NCBI GenBank assembly: GCA_963787125.1
Contig: CAWBBV010000004.1
Coordinates: 64,001 to 128,000 of the forward strand
DNA length: 64,000 bases
Direction: 5' to 3'
Origin: an uncultured delta proteobacterium
GTDB taxonomy: Bacteria > Desulfobacterota > Desulfuromonadia > Geobacterales > DSM-12255
The notes below the pieces were generated by a model. That model was not told the origin of the DNA. It saw only the letters and a list, made by a program, of their open reading frames with translations, and searched no databases. Below are positions 52,014-61,784 of the stretch, one piece after another; position 1 is the stretch's first letter, and each line of letters starts with the position of its first letter. A program made the translations under genes and the position numbers.

Positions 52014-52047
52014 AGCGCCCTGGCAGATAATTGTCAGGGCGTTTTTT
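52014..52047 (+). terminator. Intrinsic terminator after gcvPB (repeated at 57198)
   Basis: AGCGCCCTGGCA-GATAAT-TGTCAGGGCGTT-TTTT. Confidence 0.82.
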
Positions 52048-52059
52048 GATGAGTCCTAA

Positions 52060-52134
52060 CCCTGATAAACAGGATAAGTGCGTTAACGAAGATATTGTCT
52101 GCCTGAAAAGCACAGAAAATATCTTCTAACTTAC
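52060..52134 (+). repeat. 75-bp upstream element, copy 2
   Basis: CCCTGATAAACAGGATAAGTGCGTTAACGAAGATATTGTCTG...CAGAAAATATCTTCTAACTTAC. Confidence 0.92.
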
Positions 52135-52151
52135 GAAGGAATCGGTTTGCA

Positions 52152-53381
52152 ATGAAAATCCTCCACACCTCTGACTGGCACATCGGTCGGGCCCTTTACG
52201 GCCGCAAACGCTACGAGGAGTTCGAGCGCTTTCTCGACTGGCTGCTCGACTGCATTGCAGCCGAAGGGGTCGAAGCGCTGCTGATTGCCGGTGATGTTTT
52301 TGACAACAGCACCCCCAGTAACCGGGCGCTGGAACTTTATTACCGTTTTCTCTGCCGCTGCGCCGGGGCGGGGTGTCGCCACGTGGTGGTGACCGCGGGG
52401 AACCACGATTCACCCTCTCTCCTTAATGCTCCCCGCGAGCTGCTGCGGTTTCTCCATGTCCATGTGGTCGGCTGCATGACCGCCCCGACGGATGAGCTGG
52501 TGGTGCTGAATTCGGCTGCCGGCAGACCGGAGCTGCTTGTCTGTGCCGTCCCCTATCTGCGTGATCGCGATATCCGCCGGGCCGAGGCGGGCGAAACCTG
52601 TGAGGACAAAGGGCGCAAGTTGGTGGATGGTATTCGCGAGCACTACCTCCAGGTAGGCGCCGCAGCCCTTGCCAGACGCACCGAACTGGGGGGCAGTCTT
52701 CCCATTATCGCCATGGGGCACCTGTTTGCCAGCGGTGGTCAGACTGTTGAAGGAGACGGAGTGCGGGAGCTGTACGTCGGTTCCCTCGGCCAGGTTCGTG
52801 CCGATCTCTTCCCTGACTGCTTCGACTACCTCGCCCTCGGCCATCTGCACCTCGGCCAACTTGTGGGTGGCTCCGATGTCCGCCGCTATTCAGGGGCCCC
52901 TCTGGCGATGAGTTTCGGTGAAGCCGGCCAGCGCAAGACCGTGATCGCGGTGACGCTGGATGTTAACGGCATAACTGCCGCGGAAATAGCTGTGCCATGC
53001 TTTCAGACGCTGGCCACGGTGCGCGGCGACTGGCGGCAGATCAGCGAGCGAATTGCCGCGCTGAAAAAAGAGACTGTTCCGGTCTGGCTGGAGGTTATCT
53101 ATGAAGGGCTTGAGGTCATCGGCGACCTGCAAGAGCGTTTGCGGAACCTGATCGACGGCTCGCGCCTGGAAATTCTGCGCACCAAGAACATGCGTCTTGT
53201 GGCACAGACCCTGAGCCGGATGGCGACGGAAGAGACCCTCGATGATCTCAGCGTCGATGATGTCTTTGCCCGCTGTCTCAGCGCCCATGAAGTGCCGCCG
53301 GAGCAGCAGGCCGAGCTGGTGGCGACCTTTCGCGAGACTGTTGCTGCGCTCCATGAAGACACCTCATCGGGGGGGTTATGA
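52152..53381 (+). CDS. sbcD: Exonuclease SbcCD subunit D
   Basis: HTSDWHIG, IAGDVFD, AGNHDS, YLALGHLH. Confidence 0.96.
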   Translation: MKILHTSDWHIGRALYGRKRYEEFERFLDWLLDCIAAEGVEALLIAGDVFDNSTPSNRALELYYRFLCRCAGAGCRHVVVTAGNHDSPSLLNAPRELLRFLHVHVVGCMTAPTDELVVLNSAAGRPELLVCAVPYLRDRDIRRAEAGETCEDKGRKLVDGIREHYLQVGAAALARRTELGGSLPIIAMGHLFASGGQTVEGDGVRELYVGSLGQVRADLFPDCFDYLALGHLHLGQLVGGSDVRRYSGAPLAMSFGEAGQRKTVIAVTLDVNGITAAEIAVPCFQTLATVRGDWRQISERIAALKKETVPVWLEVIYEGLEVIGDLQERLRNLIDGSRLEILRTKNMRLVAQTLSRMATEETLDDLSVDDVFARCLSAHEVPPEQQAELVATFRETVAALHEDTSSGGL

Positions 53382-56300
53382 AAGTTCTCCGTCTCTCCTT
53401 CAAGAACCTCAATTCCCTGGCCGGGATCTGGGAAATAGATTTCAGGCACCCCGACTATGTTTCCAGCGGTATCTTTGCCATCACCGGACCGACCGGTGCC
53501 GGCAAGACCACCATTCTCGATGCCATCTGTCTGGCTCTCTACGGCCAGACCCCCCGTTTGGGGAGGATCACCCAGAGTGACAACGAAATCATGGCGCGGC
53601 AGAGCGGCGAATGTTTTGCTGAGATTGAATTTGAAACGGCCAGGGGGCGCTTTCGCTGCCACTGGAGCCAGCACCGCTCGCGCAAATTGGCAGACGGCCA
53701 GCTGCAGGCACCGAAACATGAAATTGCCGTGGCTGAAAGCGGCCTGATCCTCGAATCAAAGCTGCGCGCCGTGGCCGACAAGGTTGAGGAAGTCACCGGC
53801 ATGGACTTCGATCGCTTCACCCGCTCCATGCTCCTGGCGCAAGGGGGCTTTGCCGCCTTTTTGCAGGCCCGTCCCGATGAGCGGGCACCGATTCTGGAAC
53901 AGATCACCGGTACCGCCATCTACAGCCGGATTTCCATTAAGGTTCATGAGCGGCGCAGCGAAGAGAACAGGTTACTCGGGGAGTTACGCGCCGAGCTTGA
54001 CGGCATCCAGCTGCTTGCTCCCGGGGAACTGGAGGGCCTCTTTGCTGAGCAGTCTGATCTGCAAAAGGCTGAAAGCGCCCTGAGCAGTGCTGCCTTGATA
54101 ATTCGCGCAGCCCAGTCCTGGCGTGAACGGATTGCGAACCTTGAGAATGAACTGCTGCAGCTGCAGCAGGAGAGGCTTGTCTTTGAAGAGCGCAAGGAGG
54201 GGGCTGCCGGGGAACTGGCGCAGCTGGCGCTGGCCGGCCGTGCCCTGAAACTTGGCGGTGACCATGCCCATATTCTTTTGCTCCGCTCCCAGCAGGCGGG
54301 TGAGCAGGAGGAACTGACCCGTGCCGCCGAACACCGCCCCCAACTGCAACTCGGCTGGCAGGCGGCTTTTGATGGCTGCCAGTTGGCAGAGGCCGGACTG
54401 AAGGCCGCCGGGGAAGAGCAGGCAGCTGAGGCAGAACTGATTCGCCGCACGCGCGAGCTTGATGTCAGGCTTAAGGAAGCTACGACCCAGCTGAACGGCT
54501 TAACGGCAGGGATCGAAAGAGACGGTCAGCAGAACAACGGCTTTCGCACGGCAATAACCGGCTGCGAGCAGCGTCTTCAGAGTAGCGGAGAAGAGTTGCA
54601 AACGGTTGTGGCTTTTCTGGAGCGGCATCAGGATGATGCCGGTCTGGTAGCGGCGCTCACCGGGATCGAGCAACAGCTGCAGGCGCTTACGGCCCAGACT
54701 AAACAGTGCAGTGAAGTCAGTGTCAAACTGGACCGACAGGCCGGTCTGAATGAGGCTGCCGGGTTGACCTGCGGCAAGGCAGATGGAGCCTGGCAGGCGG
54801 TTCAGCAGGCTGTCGCCGATGCTGAAGAGCGACTGTCAGTATTATGTGCAGAGGGTGAAGCTGCATTGCAAGGACGTGATCTGTCTATATGGCGCGCTGA
54901 AGCGGAAACGTTGGTAAGCAGGCAGGAACGGTTGCGGACGGTGCAGGAAGCAGTGGCGCGACTCGATGGTGATAGCGCAACGCTGGCAGCGGTCAAAGAG
55001 CGGCAGGAAGAGCTTGAGCGCAAGCGGCAAACGCTTGTCCGGCAGCAACTCTCCCTGAGCAGCGAAACTGAGCTGCGTGAGCAGGTCGCTGCTCAGTTGC
55101 AGGCAAATGTTCTGCTACTAAACCGGGTGCGCAGTCTGGAAGAGGATCGTCGCCAGCTTCAAGACGGAGTGCCGTGCCCTTTGTGCGGTGCCAGTGAGCA
55201 CCCGTATGCCGCCGGTAATCTACCACAGGCGGATACTGCCCAAAAGGAGCTGGAGCTGGCTGCCGCCGCGGTCAGGCTGGTGCGGGAGCAGCTTGCCGGA
55301 ACCAGACAGGAACTGGTCGCTGTTGACAAGGATCTGGCTCATGCCGGCCAGGAAGTGAACGAACTTCAGGCGCGGCAGCAGCGGGACAGCGCCTTCTGCG
55401 CTGCCGGTTTTGTTGAGCTGGGGGTTAGCATCGCCGCAACTGCCTGGGCGGAAGCCATTCGCAGAGAGTCTGACGCTTGCCAGTCGGCTCTGCTCATGCT
55501 GCGGAGTTTTATTCAGAGTGGCGAACAGCACGCAGAGGCAGAGCGGAGCGCCCAACTGAAACTTCACAAACTAAAAGAAGAACTGGCAGAGCATGATAAG
55601 ACCCGGCTAACCGCCCGCCTGGGGGCAGAAGCGGCGCTGGCGGAGCTGCATCGTCTGGAGGTGGAGGCGGTAACTCTTCACGCAGAATTTGAGCGGCTGC
55701 TGGCCAACGTCGCCCAAGTGGTGGCCGAATTCGGCTATACGGAGATCACTGCGGAGGGTGCTGCGGGGCTCTTGGCAGCCCTGACTGCCCGGCGCGACGC
55801 CTACGGGCAACAGCTGCAGACCAGAGAGCGTCTGGAAAAAGTGCGGGCAGAATTAATCGCTGATAAGGCACAACAGCAGGCGCTACTGGCGGCAGCTGAA
55901 AAGATGCTCAATGAGAAGGAACAGGAGCTGCGCGACATAAGCTCCGGCCGTGCTGCCCTGGTTGAGCTGCGACTGGAACTTTACGGCGAGCGCAGTCCGG
56001 ATCTGGAGGAAAAACGGCTGACTGATGCATTACGCGTTGCCTCTGAACGGCGTGAAGAGGCACTCAAGGAGCTGAACCGCTTTCAGGCTGAGCTGGATGC
56101 CCTGACCGGGCAGATTGGACGGCTTAACAGCGCTATTGATCAGAGAGGCAGGCAGTTGTCTGGACTGGAAGGTGCTTTTCGTGTGCGTCTCAGTGAGAAC
56201 GGTTTTGTCGATGAGGCAGCTTATCTGCAGGCGTGCCTGCCCCAAGAGCGCTTCGAGGCGCTGGCACAAATGGCTGACAGCCTGCGGCAGACGGAAACCG

Positions 56301-57052
56301 CCCTGCAGACCCGGCAGCAGGACCGCCGTGACTCTTTGGCGGCTGAACTGGCCAGGAATCTGACCGACAAACCGCTTGACCTGCTCCGGGTTGAGAACGC
56401 CGCTGTCAGCGGGGAGCTGAGCGAGCTGCACAAGGGGCTGGGTGCTCTTGAGCAGAGACTGCAGCAGCACGCGCAGCAGCAGGAGCGCCATCAGAGCCGG
56501 CTTCTGGCCATTGAACGGCAAAGACGGGAATGTGAGCGCTGGGAGAAACTGCACAGCCTGATAGGTTCCAGCGACGGCAAGAAGTTCCGTAATTTTGCCC
56601 AGGGGCTGACCTTCGAGCTGATGGTGGCCCACGCCAACCGTCAGCTGCAGAAGATGAGCGACCGTTATATCCTGATTCGGGACAGTTCTGAACCGCTGGA
56701 GCTGAACGTCATCGACAACTATCAGGCCGGGGAGATCCGCTCCACCAAGAACCTGTCCGGGGGCGAGAGTTTCATCGCCAGCCTTGCCCTTTCTCTCGGC
56801 CTCTCCAGCATGGCGAGCCGCAACGTCCGGGTAGATTCCCTCTTCCTCGACGAAGGCTTCGGCACCCTTGATGAAGACGCTCTGGAAACCGCCCTGGAAA
56901 CCCTTTCCGGGCTGCAGCAGGACGGCAAGCTGATCGGCATCATCTCCCATGTCCCGGCCCTCAAGGAGCGAATCGGCACCCAGATTCAGGTGGAGGCCGG
57001 CAGCGGTGGCCGCAGCCGGTTGAGCGGGCCGGGTTGCCGGGCGGTGGATTGA
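53378..57052 (+). CDS. sbcC: Exonuclease SbcCD subunit C (SMC-like ATPase)
   Basis: GPTGAGKTT, long coiled coil, CPLCG zinc hook, LSGGE, FLDEGFGTLD, ISH. Confidence 0.96.
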   Translation: MKVLRLSFKNLNSLAGIWEIDFRHPDYVSSGIFAITGPTGAGKTTILDAICLALYGQTPRLGRITQSDNEIMARQSGECFAEIEFETARGRFRCHWSQHRSRKLADGQLQAPKHEIAVAESGLILESKLRAVADKVEEVTGMDFDRFTRSMLLAQGGFAAFLQARPDERAPILEQITGTAIYSRISIKVHERRSEENRLLGELRAELDGIQLLAPGELEGLFAEQSDLQKAESALSSAALIIRAAQSWRERIANLENELLQLQQERLVFEERKEGAAGELAQLALAGRALKLGGDHAHILLLRSQQAGEQEELTRAAEHRPQLQLGWQAAFDGCQLAEAGLKAAGEEQAAEAELIRRTRELDVRLKEATTQLNGLTAGIERDGQQNNGFRTAITGCEQRLQSSGEELQTVVAFLERHQDDAGLVAALTGIEQQLQALTAQTKQCSEVSVKLDRQAGLNEAAGLTCGKADGAWQAVQQAVADAEERLSVLCAEGEAALQGRDLSIWRAEAETLVSRQERLRTVQEAVARLDGDSATLAAVKERQEELERKRQTLVRQQLSLSSETELREQVAAQLQANVLLLNRVRSLEEDRRQLQDGVPCPLCGASEHPYAAGNLPQADTAQKELELAAAAVRLVREQLAGTRQELVAVDKDLAHAGQEVNELQARQQRDSAFCAAGFVELGVSIAATAWAEAIRRESDACQSALLMLRSFIQSGEQHAEAERSAQLKLHKLKEELAEHDKTRLTARLGAEAALAELHRLEVEAVTLHAEFERLLANVAQVVAEFGYTEITAEGAAGLLAALTARRDAYGQQLQTRERLEKVRAELIADKAQQQALLAAAEKMLNEKEQELRDISSGRAALVELRLELYGERSPDLEEKRLTDALRVASERREEALKELNRFQAELDALTGQIGRLNSAIDQRGRQLSGLEGAFRVRLSENGFVDEAAYLQACLPQERFEALAQMADSLRQTETALQTRQQDRRDSLAAELARNLTDKPLDLLRVENAAVSGELSELHKGLGALEQRLQQHAQQQERHQSRLLAIERQRRECERWEKLHSLIGSSDGKKFRNFAQGLTFELMVAHANRQLQKMSDRYILIRDSSEPLELNVIDNYQAGEIRSTKNLSGGESFIASLALSLGLSSMASRNVRVDSLFLDEGFGTLDEDALETALETLSGLQQDGKLIGIISHVPALKERIGTQIQVEAGSGGRSRLSGPGCRAVD

Positions 57053-57197
57053 TGGACAACGCTCGCTGGTGGCCTGGCTGTTGGCGCGCCCTAGAGTAGA
57101 GGGGAGTTAGATGGCGTCAGATTGGGAGTTTCAGGAAGATTCCACAGAATTCGGAAATGCTTAAACCTTGAACTGTTTTTAATTGGCGGAATGTGAT

Positions 57198-57236
57198 AAA
57201 AAGCACCCTGGCAGATAATGTCAGGGTGCTTTTTTT
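57198..57236 (+). terminator. Intrinsic terminator after sbcC
   Basis: AAAAAGCACCCTGGCA-GATAA-TGTCAGGGTGCTTTTTTT. Confidence 0.85.
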
Positions 57237-57248
57237 GTTGAGGTGTCA

Positions 57249-58816
57249 ATGATGACAAGGAAACAGATATTCATCAGTTCCGTGCAGAAAGAACTGGCTG
57301 ACGACCGTCGGGCGCTGAAAGAGTACGTGCATGGTGATCCACTGCTCCGCCGCTTTTTCGAGGTGTTTCTCTTCGAGGATCTACCTGCTTCCGACCGGTG
57401 TGCTGATGAAGTCTACTTGTCTGAGGTGGAGCAAAGCGCCATCTATGTTGGCCTTTTCGGCAATGACTATGGCTACGTTAACGCTGATGGGATTTCGCCC
57501 ACTGAACGGGAATTCGACCATGCCACAACCAGTGGCAAGGAACGGCTCATCTTAGTCAAAGGGAATGATGACTCTTCCCGTCATCCCGGAATGCAGGCTC
57601 TGATCCGCAAGGCGGGTGAACAGCTCATCCGCCGCCGTTTCAATGCTATTACTGAATTGATAACCAGTCTTTATGCCGCACTGGTGCAGTATCTGGTGGC
57701 TAATGAGTTGATCCGTAGCGGACCATTTGATGCCGCGCCTTGCCTGAAGGCTACCATTAAAGATCTTGACGAAGAAAAAATTCGGTCATTTCTTCGGAGT
57801 GCCCGTCGGGCGCGGGGCTTTGCTCTTGATGAAGATACAACTCCGGCCTCAGTTCTGGAGCATTTGAACCTGCTTGATCATGGTCGCCCTTCTCAAGCAG
57901 CAGTCCTGCTTTTCGGAGTACAGCCTCAGCGCTACCTGCTTTCATCCGAAGTGAAGTGTATGCATTTTCACGCCACACACGTTCATAAACCGATCCCCTC
58001 CTACCATATCTTCAAGGGACACTCTTCGAACTGGTTGATCAGGCGGTGGATTTCGTGATGTCCAAGATCGATCTCTGGGTGGGAACACGGAAAGACGGTC
58101 CACAGGCGCCGGTGGCCTATGAAATTCCCCGTGAGGTCGTGTCTGAGGCAATTGTCAACGCCGTTGCGCATCGAGATTACACCAGTACCGGCAGCGTCCA
58201 GGTGATGCTGTTTTCAGATCGGCTTGAGATCTGGAGCCCAGGCGAATTGCGACCCCCCATGACTCTGGCCAAATTGATCAGGCCGCACCCCTCCTTGCCG
58301 GTTAATCCGCTCATTGCAGAACCACTTTACCTGAGCAAATATATCGAAAAGGCAGGATCCGGCACCCTCGACATGCTGGAGCTCTGCCGATCAACCGGAC
58401 TGCATCCGCCGGAATTCCGCGTGGATGTTGGTTGTTTCATCGTGACCATCCGTCGCAAGCAGCGCGCGGGTACCGCGAAAAGCATGCAGCCAGAGTCACA
58501 ATCAGAGTCGATGACCCAAGTCATAGGGCTAGAGTCGGGGCTAGAGTCGGGGCTAGAGTCGGGGCTAGAGTCGGGGCTAGAGTCGGAAATATCACAAAAG
58601 GCTTTGGTGGCTCTCACTGCCGGAGCGATGGGGCGTTCGGAGATCGCTGAAGCAGTTGGACATGAGCGAATTTCCGGTGCTATCAATCGTGCAATTAAGG
58701 AACTTTTGCAAAAGAGGCTAATCGCATACACTATTCCCGACAAGCCCAACAGCCGTTTGCAAAAATACCAGCTCACTACAGAAGGCAGGGCTTGGCTGGC
58801 AGGACGACAAAAATGA
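57249..58816 (+). CDS. DUF4062-like + ATP-binding (HATPase_c_4-like) + C-terminal HTH protein, apparent -1 frameshift near 58017
   Basis: IFISSVQKEL, SPTEREFD; EAIVNAVAHRDY, DRLEIWSPG, EKAGSG; TIPDKPNSRLQKY. Adding one G to AAG-GG-ACA joins the two ORFs (IFKGTLFELVDQAVDFV). Confidence 0.82.
58526..58585 (+). repeat. 12-bp tandem repeat x5 (GGGCTAGAGTCG), in frame, encoding GLES
   Basis: Five perfect copies read directly. Confidence 0.95.
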
Positions 58817-59016
58817 AATACCCTCCGCATTGTTGTCAACTGTGACTATTATGAATAATCATTTGTCGAGGGCTGTCTTCCATGACAGGTCTAAAATGTC
58901 CCGAAAGCGCAGGAATCCGAACTGGTGAAACTGCGCAGTGCCGTATACCAGAAAATGAAGCTGTTTAAGGGGTGAACCAAACGGGATGTTTATTAAAAGG
59001 GAGACAAAGGGGACAT

Positions 59017-60703
59017 TCTATAGTCCACCTGTCAACTGAAAATATCGCTCTTTTAAAATCAAATAGTTAGTCATCCTTGCGGATTGCGGGCGCAGCTATC
59101 CCTTGCTTTGGTGAAATGGCGAGTCTCTCACTTACGGCAAACCTTGAGCTTAATCGTTACTTGTATCCGACATCCCCCGCCCGCATCGGGAACTGGGTTG
59201 TCTATCATTCCTTATCAAAGCTCCAAGATTTTAGTGAGATGCCCGGTATTGTCCCTCCCGAGGTCATTGCTGCCTCTACGTTGTTAAACGGGCTTATCTC
59301 GCCTACTGCCTGCCTCTAGGGTGGTTATCCCGTGAAGCAGGAAGGATTAAATGGTTCTCTCTTCTTCATAAGTGTCCAGGCCACAACCAAAAGCTTTGCC
59401 GCCAGCTTGACTTTCATCTTCAGGTTGATGCCGCGCTCAAGCTCGCGACCTCTGATTAATTTGCTAAAGTAAGTCCTGATAACCGGATTCGCTGTGGAGG
59501 CAACCATTGCCGCTTGCACCAGGGCGTAACGCAGTGCCGCTTTCCCTTGCTTGGAGATCACCGGCTTGGCACTGTTGCTGTTCTTGCCGCTCCGCTCGGC
59601 ACTTAAGTCCAGTCCGGCCAGACGCACTACCTGTCCCTGATTCTGAAACCGGACAGGATTGCCGATGGCGGCAAGAACCATGGCCGAAATAATCGGACCG
59701 AATCCGGGAATAGACAGAAGGCACTCATATTCAGAAAACTGCTTTGCTGCTTTTGCCATCAACTGCTCATTACCCTTGACCGTTTCACGAATCGACTTCA
59801 GCTGGCAGACGAGACTCTTGGCCTCCCATCTGGCGGCGTCATGAACAAGGCAACCAACGGACTCTCCGGCAGTCTCCCAAAGCTCGCGCAGACGTCTTTC
59901 CTGTTCTATCCTGATCTTGCGTTTTGTAATGAGCTTCAGGAAGGCGTCGAACTCCATCCCGGCAATTTCCCTCGGGTCCAGACAATGTTCGGCAATTGAA
60001 AGAATCAGGTCGTCCGGTTGCCCTGCTTTGATGTAGAGCTGGTCCAATTCGGGAAAGAACTGGGCAAGAACATTATTTCTCAGCCGCATTTTCAGTGCGT
60101 GCTCTTCCTTCTTCAGCCTGATCCTGAAACCAATCAGGCTGCGTAATTCACGCAGGTTCTCTTGCGGTAGCTCATAGAAGAGGCAGCGGCTCTGGCCCAC
60201 CAGATCGGCAACATTGGCGGCATCCTTCTTGTCGTTCTTGTCCCAACGGCCATCCAGTAGCGCTCGATTCTTTGCCACGGCCACATTGGATACATAGACA
60301 ACCTGCTCCTTCTGTCGCAGCAGATATTCGGCTAAGGGCTTGTGGTAGGAGGCTGTAGGCTCAAGTCCATACACAACCTCGACCAGGCCATGTTGATTCT
60401 TGAGATCTCCGGCTAAACTGCGCAGATTCTCGAATCCTTGTAAGCTGTTGTCAAAGATCATGTTCTTGCGTAGCGTTCTGCCATTGGGTGTTCCAAAGAA
60501 AGCATGGTGCTTGTTCTTGGCAACATCGATGCCGACTAGCAGATGTTTTTCCGAGCCCCTGACTGATGCCTTCATCTGTCTGAACAACGCCAGACTATCC
60601 GTTACAGCTTCCATTCTGTCCTCCTGGTATGTTGAATAAATGGCTATTCAATAACAGGCTGACAATAGAACTACAAGACTGGTAACTTATTATTTTATCT
60701 ATA
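59017..60703 (-). mobile_element. IS110-family insertion sequence
   Basis: Transposase bracketed by a TCTATA direct repeat (59017-59022, 60698-60703); about 300-bp non-coding region 3' of the gene; TTGACA pointing out of the right end. Confidence 0.8.
59325..60614 (-). CDS. IS110 family DEDD recombinase/transposase
   Basis: VGIDVAK, LEPTASYH, KNDKKDA, SIPGFG, AGLDLSAERSGK; GGAGG RBS. Confidence 0.95.
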   Translation of the reverse strand: MEAVTDSLALFRQMKASVRGSEKHLLVGIDVAKNKHHAFFGTPNGRTLRKNMIFDNSLQGFENLRSLAGDLKNQHGLVEVVYGLEPTASYHKPLAEYLLRQKEQVVYVSNVAVAKNRALLDGRWDKNDKKDAANVADLVGQSRCLFYELPQENLRELRSLIGFRIRLKKEEHALKMRLRNNVLAQFFPELDQLYIKAGQPDDLILSIAEHCLDPREIAGMEFDAFLKLITKRKIRIEQERRLRELWETAGESVGCLVHDAARWEAKSLVCQLKSIRETVKGNEQLMAKAAKQFSEYECLLSIPGFGPIISAMVLAAIGNPVRFQNQGQVVRLAGLDLSAERSGKNSNSAKPVISKQGKAALRYALVQAAMVASTANPVIRTYFSKLIRGRELERGINLKMKVKLAAKLLVVAWTLMKKREPFNPSCFTG

Positions 60704-60759
60704 ATTTCCGGGGAAAAATCTGTAGCTCTCAGTCATATATAACGTTGCTTGCTAATCAA

Positions 60760-61749
60760 CTAACCACCTACTTTCAGCAACTTTATTCGCAGTTCCTGAT
60801 CATCTTTCAGCAGTTCTCCACCCCGTCGGACCGCCATTGATGCGCCTGCCGAGCCAATTACCACAATTTTTCCGGCCTCAGTCGCCGTATAGTCGTACTC
60901 ACGCACAGCACAGTAGCAGAAGATGGCTTTGGCTCGTGCGATGGCCCGTTCCTTGCCGGGACTCTGCAGTTTTTCTAAAGGTGCTCCGGTTACGGCACTG
61001 ACTTTATCGAGAAGAGCACTCAATGTAAGTCGCGGTTTATGCAGCTCACCCTGTCTGGCTCCACCGGTCAGTAGTTCGACAAATTCGCCACTGCCGAGTA
61101 TGCGCTCGTCAAAGGCTGCTATTTCTCCGCTCTCCATACAATCAGGCTGGCTGCGCTTCAGTCCGCCTCCAATCAGATCGTTGCGCTGTCCGGCAGCAAC
61201 ACCGTCGGCAATGAACTGCTGATAGGCATGCATTGAGCGGGCTCTTTCCAGCCCAAATCGTGCCAGTATCTCTTCTGTTTCCTGACCTTCCATGGTCCGC
61301 TTACCAAGTAAAACTGCATGGCCGCTCCAGAGGTAGTGCTCCAGTCCGTCCAGATCGGCAACCATTCCGGCCCGTAACGGATTCAGGTGGATATAACGGA
61401 CAAGTTCAAGCAGGTACGGTTCTTCCTCGCAGAGGATGGATTTGTAGCGGTTCTGGAACAGATGACCGCAGCGGTTGTATTTCCGGTTGAAATAGACAGC
61501 ATAGCCGGTGAGCAGGCGACGCATGGTCTCTGCAAGGGAAACAGTGGTCGGCATAAGCAGCAGATGAAAATGGTTCGACATGAGCGCCCAGGCATAACAC
61601 TTTGTGGCGCTTTTAGAGAGCAGGGCAGACAGGCTTGCCACAAAGCGTTCCTTGTCAGCGTCATCAGCGAAAATATCGCGGCGTTCAATCCCGCGAACGA
61701 TGACGTGCTGCAGGACGTGTGGTATGTCAAGGCGTGGTTGGCGTGGCAT
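60760..61749 (-). CDS. REP-associated tyrosine (Y1 HUH, IS200-like) transposase with a C-terminal DnaA-C-like HTH
   Basis: MPRQPR, HVIVRG, MSNHFHLL (HUH), GHLFQNRYKS, YIHLNPLRAG (catalytic Tyr), YLWSGH; tail ERAIARAKAIFCY. Confidence 0.92.
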   Translation of the reverse strand: MPRQPRLDIPHVLQHVIVRGIERRDIFADDADKERFVASLSALLSKSATKCYAWALMSNHFHLLLMPTTVSLAETMRRLLTGYAVYFNRKYNRCGHLFQNRYKSILCEEEPYLLELVRYIHLNPLRAGMVADLDGLEHYLWSGHAVLLGKRTMEGQETEEILARFGLERARSMHAYQQFIADGVAAGQRNDLIGGGLKRSQPDCMESGEIAAFDERILGSGEFVELLTGGARQGELHKPRLTLSALLDKVSAVTGAPLEKLQSPGKERAIARAKAIFCYCAVREYDYTATEAGKIVVIGSAGASMAVRRGGELLKDDQELRIKLLKVGG

Positions 61750-61755
61750 GAGAGG

Positions 61756-61784
61756 AGAATAGCACTGGCGTGGATTGGTGGCAA
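61756..61784 (-). promoter_or_regulatory. Sigma-70 promoter candidate for the RAYT, probably leaderless
   Basis: TTGCCA-17-TATTCT with an extended TG; ATG 6 nt after the -10; no Shine-Dalgarno. Confidence 0.6.

Noticed and set aside
14678..56950. Long antisense ORFs (e.g. 14678-15889, 33266-34162, 37837-38694, 50691-51749, 56030-56950)
   Set aside because: Shadow frames of well-supported GC-rich genes on the opposite strand, with no recognisable motifs.
58880..58975. Short protein-like tail (PKAQESELVKLRSAVYQKMKLFKG*) before the IS110 target; similar tail at about 23192-23275 (-)
   Set aside because: Under 30 codons; they could be further captured fragments but cannot be supported without a search.
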